DNA from: Nostoc punctiforme PCC 73102
Lineage (GTDB): Bacteria > Cyanobacteriota > Cyanobacteriia > Cyanobacteriales > Nostocaceae
Assembly: GCF_000020025.1 (NCBI RefSeq)
Contig: NC_010628.1
Span: forward strand, 2,430,001 to 2,462,000
Length of the DNA stretch: 32,000 bases
Direction: 5' to 3'
Shown here: positions 8,921 to 16,200 of the stretch, piece by piece
Position numbering within the stretch: the stretch's first letter is position 1
Layout: each line of letters starts with the position of its first letter
Notes under the pieces: generated by a model
The model's database searches: none
Seen by the model: the letters and a program-made list of their open reading frames with translations, nothing else
What the model was told of the DNA's origin: nothing
Position numbers and translations under genes: made by a program

Positions 8921-10179
8921 GTAGTGTACCAAGGTAACTTTGCTAAGTAAAACCTCTAATTGGTAAAATAGCCAAAAACGGGGTGTAACATGGCAAAAAA
9001 GTACATTGTTGACTTGAATGAAGATGAAGTTTCCCAACTGCAATCGATAATTAAGAAAGGTAAGCATAAGGCAAGAACCATAAGCCGTGCAAACATTCTT
9101 TTGATGGCTTCCGAAGGAGAAACGGATCAAGCGATCGCTAGCATAGTTAGAGCGCATGTTGCAACAGTGCAACGAATACGAGAAAAATTTGTCATTGGAG
9201 GGTTAGATTTTGCTTTAAAGGATGAAGTTCATCCACCAAAACATAAAAAATTAGATGAAAAGCAAGAAGCATTTTTGATTGCAACAGCTTGTTCTAATCC
9301 GCCAGAAGGAAGAGTGCGTTGGACAATGCAATTATTAGCAGATCATTTAGTGAACGTTGGTATCATAGATTCAATCTCAGATGAAACAGTACGTCAAACT
9401 TTAAAAAAAATGAAATTAAGCCTTGGTTGAAAGAACAATGGTGTATTCCTGAAGTTAACGCAGAATATGTTTTCCGAATGGAAGATGTGCTGGATTTATA
9501 CAATGAGCCTTATGATCCTAAACGCCCTGTAGTCTGCTTTGATGAACGTCCATACCAATTAGTAGAAGAAGTAAGACTTCCTTTGCCACCACAGCCAGAG
9601 CAACCTGAACGTTATGATTTTGAGTATAAACGTAACGGGACAGTAAATTTATTCGCATGTTTTCAACCCTTGGCTGGATGGCGGCATATCGAAGTTACAG
9701 AACGTCGAACTAAAGCCGATTTTGCTAAACAAATGAAAAATTTAGTAGATGTTTCCTACCGAGATGCCGATGTTATTCGTTTAGTAGTTGATAACTTGAA
9801 TATTCATACACCCAATGCATTATATGAAGTTTTTCCACCAGAAGAAGCACGTCGAATTATTCAAAAGTTAGAGTTTCACTATACTCCTAAACACGCTTCT
9901 TGGTGAGCCAGTGCGTTGGGCGGGTTCCCCGACTTGAAGCAACTGGCGAACCCGAAGGGCTGAATCAGGTAGAAATCGAATTATCTGTTTTATCTCGCCA
10001 ATGTTTAGAACGGCGTATTCCTAATGCAGAAACATTAACTTCTGAGATTGCCGCTTGGGAGAAAAAACGTAATCAGCAAAAAGCTAGTGTTTATTGGGGT
10101 TTTCAAACCAAAGATGCTCGCCGAAAAATGGAGCGTTTATATCCAAATTTAACATAGCAAAGTTAGCTTGGCAGACTAC
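8921..10179 (+). mobile_element. IS630-family insertion sequence, copy A (1259 bp), nested in the IS5/IS1182-like element
   Basis: The terminal IRs are GTAGTGTACCAAGGTAACTTTGCTA (left) and TAGCAAAGTTAGCTTGGCAGACTAC (right), imperfectly complementary. They are flanked by TA at 8919-8920 and 10180-10181, the canonical IS630/Tc1 target duplication. The host IS sequence resumes directly after the element. Confidence 0.85.
8990..10157 (+). pseudogene. IS630-family transposase, disrupted by a 1-nt deletion and a 56-nt insertion
   Basis: Three track ORFs: 8990-9430, 9427-9906 and 9900-10157. Compared with copy B, one T is missing at about 9423 (CCTTGG versus CCTTTGG). The conserved HASW/LNQVEIE motif is split by a 56-nt insert at 9904-9959. 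Confidence 0.85.
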
Positions 10180-10215
10180 TAGTCAACCCAAAAGAATTGC
10201 TTTTTTATGACTTTT

Positions 10216-10650
10216 TCAGCAAGCCCTAATTAACTCACAAGGACGTTCTCTCTCACCCGGTAGTGGTGCAGCGATCGCAATTGGATTGCCTGTGCGATCG
10301 GCAATACGTACCATTCCGCCTAGCCCTGCTTCCAGATTGGTAGAAAATAAACTAGCAATTGGCTGGAGAACATCGGCGATCGAATCAGCAGCATCAGCTT
10401 GGCTTTCTACTAGTTGCAGCAGTCTGCTATCATCACTGACAATCCAATACCATCCTGGCTTAGGTTTTGCAGTTTTGTCTAGGTTTTCAAGAAGGGTTAG
10501 GTCATCTACACATCGAGCAATCAAATATTCGTGTTTATCAAGCACGTCAAATCCCAAAGTAAGATTTTGAAATAAGGGAGTTCCTGGAACCTGGCTTAGT
10601 TCAGATTGGGGATGAAAAACACGACGCACTTTTGCATCATATTGTAGCAA
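10216..10650 (-). CDS. Hypothetical protein whose C-terminal tail is replaced by the IS terminus
   Basis: 144-aa ORF with no in-frame ATG near the 5' end; the candidate starts are TTG at 10650 or GTG about 21 nt further in. The last residues IRAC plus the stop are encoded by the IS inverted repeat. Removing the IS restores ...PCELILPQER-stop. No family recognised. Confidence 0.45.
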   Translation of the reverse strand: MLQYDAKVRRVFHPQSELSQVPGTPLFQNLTLGFDVLDKHEYLIARCVDDLTLLENLDKTAKPKPGWYWIVSDDSRLLQLVESQADAADSIADVLQPIASLFSTNLEAGLGGMVRIADRTGNPIAIAAPLPGERERPCELIRAC

Positions 10651-10901
10651 TTAACTCTGCTAAGTCCTGTCTGCTGCGTCCTCTAGGTGACATCAGTTCT
10701 ATCTCGAAGCCGATTTTCCAATTTAAAAAAGACATAACTGTGTTTTGTAATCATATTCACCCTGCACTGACTTGAGCTAGCGGCGGGCGCTGAATTTTGA
10801 ATTTGCTTGATATATATAGAGATGATTGTAATTTTGGAGTTTCATCTCTTCATTGCATATAGCTGACAATTATTGGTAAAGTGGTGAAGATTTTTGTGAG
10901 A

Positions 10902-10937
10902 GTTGCAGATACTTTACTCCTAATTTCTTTCTGCAAC
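10902..10937 (-). terminator. Stem-loop downstream of the 10963-11445 gene
   Basis: GTTGCAGA (10902-10909) pairs perfectly with TCTGCAAC (10930-10937) around a 20-nt loop, about 25 nt after the stop on the minus strand. No U-tract follows, so terminator function is uncertain. Confidence 0.3.
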
Positions 10938-10962
10938 CTTTTTGACTGATACAGCGATCGCT

Positions 10963-11445
10963 TTAGCGTTTTTGGCAATCTTGAACAGCAGGGGCAGAAG
11001 CTTGACGCTGGGAATACTTAACTTCCCATCCCGGTAAATTCCACCAGACAACACGCTTTTCTGGCTGTACCCAAAAGTCTAGTTGTTTGATTTTGCCATT
11101 TTCAAAAACTAGTTTCGGGAAGGTAGGATAGTCGCGATCGTCACTCTCGCTATAGTTGCGTCCAAGATAGTTAAAACAAGTCTTTAATCCTTGAGTAACT
11201 CCCAACTCTTCAATTCCAATGCCTTTCAAGGTCGAGTTGTCGTAGCTGAAGCTGCCATTGAACGATTTGCCTACTAGCGATCCTTTGGTCACATTGATTG
11301 TGAAGTCATAGCTAACAGTAGAGTTTTGGGCTTGGCTTGTTGCGATTACAGCAGTGGTAAGAGCAGCAGTTGTAATGGCGCTGACACAAAACGCCCACCC
11401 TGGAGGGACGATCGCAATTGAAAATTTGGGCAATAGTTTGAGCAT
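10963..11445 (-). CDS. Secreted hypothetical protein (160 aa)
   Basis: ATG start with an N-terminal hydrophobic signal-like segment (..AFCVSAITTAALTTAVIATSQAQ). The mature part (SYDFTINV..GSFSYDNSTLKG) resembles the N-terminal domains of cyanobacterial exported proteins. No family assigned. Confidence 0.6.
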   Translation of the reverse strand: MLKLLPKFSIAIVPPGWAFCVSAITTAALTTAVIATSQAQNSTVSYDFTINVTKGSLVGKSFNGSFSYDNSTLKGIGIEELGVTQGLKTCFNYLGRNYSESDDRDYPTFPKLVFENGKIKQLDFWVQPEKRVVWWNLPGWEVKYSQRQASAPAVQDCQKR

Positions 11446-11485
11446 GTTAGTATTGATGGCTGAGGTTTAGTTATTTCAGATAATT

Positions 11486-11515
11486 TGTGCGATCGCTCCA
11501 ACAGGCGATCGCACA
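11486..11515. repeat. Perfect 11-bp-stem hairpin built from two HIP1 sites
   Basis: TGTGCGATCGC, then the loop TCCAACAG, then GCGATCGCACA. It sits in the intergenic region between the chitosanase-like gene and the 160-aa gene. Confidence 0.8.
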
Positions 11516-11723
11516 GTTGAGGATGTCTAACTAAGTGTTAATTATACAGACAAAAGCACTTTTAGAAATTAGGAGCGAGCATATCGTAGTGCTTTTTTAA
11601 GCAGCTCATCATTACCCAAAATATTGAAGTAAGTTGATAAATTAAACGGTCAGATAGGTTACACATCAGGAATGGTTTTATCTTGATGCAAAAAACGTTT
11701 TTGTATGCACTTATTTTTGCAGT

Positions 11724-12626
11724 TCACTGCGGGATATAGACGTAATTTTTCAAGTCTACGCGCATATCCCACTTGCGATCGCGCAACAACTTTTGCCAAG
11801 CACCGATTCGCTCTTCCATGTCGCCGCTATCGCGCGTGGGGAACTGAAGACGTAATTCCATGAACCTATCCACGAAATCTTCCTCATTGTCTGTGTCGTC
11901 GCTCGCCTCTGTGAAAAGGTGTTCAACCCCCCAATTCTCAGAATTGTCGTCTTCCATACCAGCGTTCATGGCTGTATCTATGAGTACGCCAATCGTCAGC
12001 GCTTTCATGTAATTCTTCGACTTGAGCAGTTTCAGCGTCGGCTGCCAGTAGGTGGAGATGTAGGCATCCCACTGAGCCTTCCACCATTTCTGGTCGTTGG
12101 CGATCGCATGGACTTTTTCGATGATTTCGTCTACAGGGAGATTGCTATAGTCCTGACCGTAATTCTTCCAAATAACATCTGCGTCATTGTAGCCCTTGCC
12201 TGTCGTAGCACCATAGATGCCGATAGTTACGCCGCGACCGTCTTCAATGTCCTCTGCATAACCGTAGATAATTTCTTCATCGACTGTCTGCCACCACTTG
12301 CTATTAGCCTGTTCTGGCCCGTTGATCATGCCAAGGATGTTTGTGAGTTGCTGTGCATCCAAGCCAGTCAGGGTGTTCAGCTGGTTTAGCGTGCCAGGCG
12401 GAAAGAACTCAACGCCAGGTACTTCTTGCGTAGGGGGTTCGTCAATTTTAGGCAAGCAGATTTCCTGACCAGTTTGCAAATTCTCAGCTTCTTCTTCGGT
12501 GAAGGGAATACCATTAGGATTCATGATTTCCCGCCAGCGATCGCCATCTCCTAATTCTCGTGCTGCAATTTCAAAGAGCGTGTCATTAGGTTTTATGGTG
12601 TAGGAACTACCGATTTTACAAGACAT
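11724..12626 (-). CDS. LysM domain fused to a GH46 chitosanase-like domain, with no signal peptide
   Basis: 300-aa ORF. The ATG is preceded by GAGG, and an in-frame TAA lies two codons upstream, so no leader is possible. The N-terminal LysM is YTIKPNDTLFEIAARELGDGDRWREIMNPNGIPF..LQTGQEICLP. The segment IIYGYAEDIEDGRGVTIGIYGATTGKG matches the GH46 catalytic-loop signature (YxYxEDIxDGRGYTxGxxGF). The gene contains three HIP1 sites. Confidence 0.8.
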   Translation of the reverse strand: MSCKIGSSYTIKPNDTLFEIAARELGDGDRWREIMNPNGIPFTEEEAENLQTGQEICLPKIDEPPTQEVPGVEFFPPGTLNQLNTLTGLDAQQLTNILGMINGPEQANSKWWQTVDEEIIYGYAEDIEDGRGVTIGIYGATTGKGYNDADVIWKNYGQDYSNLPVDEIIEKVHAIANDQKWWKAQWDAYISTYWQPTLKLLKSKNYMKALTIGVLIDTAMNAGMEDDNSENWGVEHLFTEASDDTDNEEDFVDRFMELRLQFPTRDSGDMEERIGAWQKLLRDRKWDMRVDLKNYVYIPQ

Positions 12627-12797
12627 AAATTACCTCAACTTAGTTCTATTTTTGTGGATATTTTTGGTACAACTAACTAGTTGCAAACTTTATTGGCGTT
12701 ACAGCATGGCGTAAATAAACCACCTATTGGAAATGTCTAAACCCATGCCAAAAGATAATTACGAATTACGAATTACGCCTTGCAGATAAAGTCTTCG

Positions 12798-14519
12798 CTA
12801 GTGCTGGAGCCTTTCTTTAAGTTGCGCTTCGTAGAGAGACGCTGGAGAAAGCTTGCCCTTTTCGCCTTCCACGTTTCCAATTGCACCTGAGAATTTGAAC
12901 TTTTTCTGCACTTTACCTGTTGAAGACACCGCGTAGTTCTGCGCCGTTGGTGGTTTCTGCACAATTATTGTGCCGTTGTAGTTCCAAATAGTGGAGTGTG
13001 CTGCCGCCCAACCGTGACCACTGCCGAAATTGCCGCGATTAATCAAAGCGATGCTTCCAGTATCAGGACTGTTCTCATCGATGCTATCGAAGAGCATGGC
13101 TTGAGTCCAGAGTCGATGTCCTTCACTGTCGGAGTTATCTGCGGAGTTAGAGCCTAAGCCTTTCGACTTGCATTTGTGGAAGACAATTCCAGAAGCGCTA
13201 CTCGTACCGTTAGAGATAAAGTTATGGCGGCCGTTTGTCGCCTCACAGTTCTGGAATAAGATGAGTTGACTGTGCTTTTCGGTGTTGAAATTGTACATAC
13301 GTCCGCCCGTGCGAATGGCAATTGGGTCGAATGCCTTGACATCTGTCACCGTTACCCTCAATGCTCCTTCTGTGTACACACCAGAGAATCCAAAGTGCAG
13401 GGCGGTGAGATTACGCACCCAGGCATCTTCTGCACCGATAACGCTAACAGCACTCCACAGGGATTTTTCGTCTTCGCCGCCTTTATCAATTTCGATGCGT
13501 AGATTCTCAAGCCCCACATTTGTCAAGACTTCACTGCTGTTAATCTTGCAGACGATAGATTGTGACAACTTGCGATCGAGATGATTGTAAATCGGTGCGT
13601 CAAGTATAATCTTGTTTCCTTCCACGCGATCGACCCGTCGATAATACACAATGTCTACTTTGCCTGGTTTCCAGGGGTTTTTGTCAGGGTCGTCAACCTC
13701 ACCCACACCACCACCGTCAAGCGCATCAATCCACTTCTGCGTAGAGGGATGCTTAATGATAATGGCATCGCCAGTCTTAAATAGTGAAGCATTCTCGACA
13801 TTGAATTTCAGCGAACCAACTTGAACGAAATCATCTGTAATCTTGGTTTCGTCTCCTGATTTCCAAGGGGCTGGATTATTAGTACCCAGAATTACAACTG
13901 ACTTATCCGTTGGTCTATCTTGTTTCCCTTGGACGATAGGCTTGTCAACTACCTTGGCAACTAGAATTGTGTCTTGAGTGCGATCGCTCCCATCACCAGA
14001 ACCACGCAATACAACCCCACTCGCTTTAATTTGAATTGTACTGCGAAGTTCGTAAACTCCCGGCTTTAGTACCAAAGCACCACGAAATCCATTAGCATCA
14101 GGTTGGCGTGTCGCCACAGCATCCAGTGCTTTTTGAATGTGTGCAGTATTATCACCCGAAATCGGTGAGATGCTTGAAACTTCAGGAACATTGGGCAATT
14201 TGACTTCACCATAACGGTACCCCGCATAGCTATAGTCGGGAATCCGGTTTTGCTCTTTATCCGAGGTGTAAGTTAGTTTACCATTACTGCCAAAGAAGAC
14301 GCGCTTTGATTGCCACTCACCCGTCGGTGGTACAGAGCCATTAGGAATGCAGATTTCCTGACCCGTTTGCAAATTCTCAGCTTCCTTTTCCGTGAAGGGA
14401 ATGCCGTTAGGATTCAAGATTTCACGCCAGTGATCGCCATCACCTAACTCCCGTTCAGCAATGATAAAAAGCGTATCACCTGATTTTATTTTGTATGAAC
14501 TACCGATTTTACAAGTCAT
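12798..14519 (-). CDS. LysM domain fused to a right-handed beta-helix (pectate-lyase-fold) putative glycan hydrolase/lyase, with no signal peptide
   Basis: The track ORF extends to a TTG at 14573. I prefer the ATG at 14519 because MTCKIGSSYKIKSGDTLF.. aligns with the start of the neighbouring gene. After the LysM domain come ISGDNTAHIQKALDAV, GALVLKPGVYEL and IQIKASGVVLRGSG. These resemble the N-terminal cap of Pectate_lyase_3 / tailspike-like beta-helix enzymes. Confidence 0.75.
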   Translation of the reverse strand: MTCKIGSSYKIKSGDTLFIIAERELGDGDHWREILNPNGIPFTEKEAENLQTGQEICIPNGSVPPTGEWQSKRVFFGSNGKLTYTSDKEQNRIPDYSYAGYRYGEVKLPNVPEVSSISPISGDNTAHIQKALDAVATRQPDANGFRGALVLKPGVYELRSTIQIKASGVVLRGSGDGSDRTQDTILVAKVVDKPIVQGKQDRPTDKSVVILGTNNPAPWKSGDETKITDDFVQVGSLKFNVENASLFKTGDAIIIKHPSTQKWIDALDGGGVGEVDDPDKNPWKPGKVDIVYYRRVDRVEGNKIILDAPIYNHLDRKLSQSIVCKINSSEVLTNVGLENLRIEIDKGGEDEKSLWSAVSVIGAEDAWVRNLTALHFGFSGVYTEGALRVTVTDVKAFDPIAIRTGGRMYNFNTEKHSQLILFQNCEATNGRHNFISNGTSSASGIVFHKCKSKGLGSNSADNSDSEGHRLWTQAMLFDSIDENSPDTGSIALINRGNFGSGHGWAAAHSTIWNYNGTIIVQKPPTAQNYAVSSTGKVQKKFKFSGAIGNVEGEKGKLSPASLYEAQLKERLQH

Positions 14520-14760
14520 AGTTTTACATATATTGAGTATGGTTTTGTTGATAAAACTTGAGTTTGTACGCAAAATACTTTTCAGGCAGTAATCAACTCA
14601 GCAGTTAAGATAGTGAGTTAAATTTCAGCTACATCCAGGTATTAGATGTTTGGTTCAATTGCATACTTTTAGAGTAAATAGATTTGAGTAGATTTACATC
14701 GTCAAGGCTGGAAATTATTTTTCCAATTTTGGAAAGTGAATTTATGAGTGTGATTGTTAA

Positions 14761-15764
14761 TAGAGTTGTCGGGAAATAAAAGATAAGTGAGGCAATGCTG
14801 GTCTTGTAATTGGGATTCTCTTAAGCAGCCATCAAGTAGAAGTTCCATAATCCTGCTGCGGTCAGCATCAAATGGTCATCAAAGTTTTCAATCCGATTAC
14901 GATAAATGACACTGGCGGCGTTGTAGCGCTTCACACCAGCAAAGGCATTTTCGCAAACTACACGGGATTGACTCAATTGACGATTCTCCGTTTTTTGAAG
15001 GTCACTTAACTTGCCCCCTTTGGGCTTTTTGTGAGGAAGATGGAGATTGTCATACTGCTTCTGTAATCCCTGAAAGCCCGAGTCTACTTCAATCGGAATT
15101 TCATCAGGCACACTACCTGCAATGTCATCTTCGTCATGAAAACGTTTGTCATGCAGTTTGCCTTCTCGTGCTTTGCTTAAGATCAAGACCCGTTTGGTTT
15201 CATCAACTGCCGCCAAGTGTTTACGCGTATGACGTTTCTTTTTACCGGAGTAATTCTGTTGTTGTTGTCTCTTTCTTGAGGTCGCGCAATTGGGCGTTCT
15301 GTCCCATCAATCATCACTCGTTGCACTCCTGGAAAGCGTGACAAAAATGCTTCAATGCTTTCGAGATGGCGTTCCGGCAGCGCCATCTTCTGTCCCAAAG
15401 CCGCTTCTAATATTGGCTGCAATCGATGCATCCACTCATGTGCCTGGGAGCGATGCATATCAAAGAGCAGTCCCGCCACATCGAAGGTCGGATAACATTT
15501 GAAATAGAAAAGGATGAAAAACAATTTGTCTTGGGCTGTAAGTAAGCGGGCTTTGCGTCCTCCACCCAGGCCACGTTGACGAGGCTTGGCCTGTTGAGTA
15601 TCTAGGTACATCGTGGTAAACGTGGGCAAAAGGGCATCAAATGCTTTCCGGTTCAACCCAGTTAATGCCCTCAACAGTCGGTCTTGCTTCAGCGCACCTT
15701 CAATATTCAGCATCATTCTTCCCTACCACTGCTGTCTATTCTCTCTTATTTCCCGACAAGTCTA
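14761..15764 (-). mobile_element. IS5-family (DDE_Tnp_4) insertion sequence, copy 2, same orientation as copy 1
   Basis: It has the same IRs as copy 1 and is 1004 bp, 1 nt shorter. I saw one further substitution, which is synonymous in the transposase (A in copy 1 at about 2008, G in copy 2 at about 15482). Confidence 0.85.
14821..15716 (-). pseudogene. IS5-family DDE transposase inactivated by a 1-nt deletion
   Basis: Split into track ORFs 15183-15716 and 14821-15216. The deletion of one T is at about 15268, next to the (GTT)4 / polyQ-coding microsatellite: TTGTTGTTGTTCTC in copy 1 versus TTGTTGTTGTCTC here. Confidence 0.85.
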
Positions 15765-15890
15765 ATAAATCACTACCCTGTGTGTCATTTAGAACTTACT
15801 TGATTTTGAGCAATTCTACTTCCAAACAAGCTGCCCATCCTGAATAACACTAAGGTAAGCAGTTTTACCAGGGTAAGCGCGTCTCAAATG

Positions 15891-16198
15891 CTATTGACAA
15901 GCAGGTTTAGAGATATCATGATGTTGGGATAAACAAGCAGCAAGAATAGTAAACATATAATTATTATCCATTGCGGCTCGATTCGATTTTTGGCGATTAC
16001 TGCGTTTCAAAGATGGTTCTCGATTCAAAGCATTAAGAGCAATGCATCGTAGTAAGGCAAGGTTTTGCGGCGCATGTCCTGTACGAACACGGCAAGCATC
16101 TTCGCTAAAAGTCACATCTAGAGTCCAATGCAATCCATTTTCAACGCCCCAATGGAGGCGGATAAACTGCCCCAGTCTACAAGCATCACTCTCCAAAC
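15891..16198 (-). pseudogene. ISAs1-family (H-repeat-associated) transposase, C-terminal remnant only
   Basis: SLESDACRLGQFIRLHWGVENGLHWTLDVTFSEDACRVRTGHAPQNLALLRCIALNAL matches the conserved ISAs1 C-terminal block (IRxHWxIENxLHWxLDVxFxED). It is cut off at the IS630 copy B boundary. The first 29 residues of track ORF 15891-16286 are IS630 sequence. Confidence 0.75.
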
Positions 16199-16200
16199 TA

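Larger units (their letters stand above)
7226..10228 (+). mobile_element. IS5/IS1182-like insertion sequence (about 1.74 kb without its guest) carrying a nested IS630 element
   Basis: Perfect 17-bp terminal inverted repeats: TAGGGCTTGCTGAAAAA at 7226-7242 and its complement TTTTTCAGCAAGCCCTA at 10212-10228. Both are flanked by a direct ATT (7223-7225 and 10229-10231), consistent with a 3-bp target duplication. The transposase frames lie between the repeats. The IS630 insertion is at 8921-10179. Confidence 0.75.

Noticed and set aside
12773-13784. Short ORFs on both strands inside the beta-helix gene (12773-12964, 13154-13342, 13266-13502, 13282-13584, 13581-13784).
   Set aside because: They are nested within a 573-aa ORF that has domain-level support, and they have no independent signals.
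12430-14519. The LysM-coding direct repeats as a template/variable repeat pair of a diversity-generating retroelement.
   Set aside because: The differences between the two copies involve all four bases rather than adenine-specific changes. No reverse transcriptase is present in the window.
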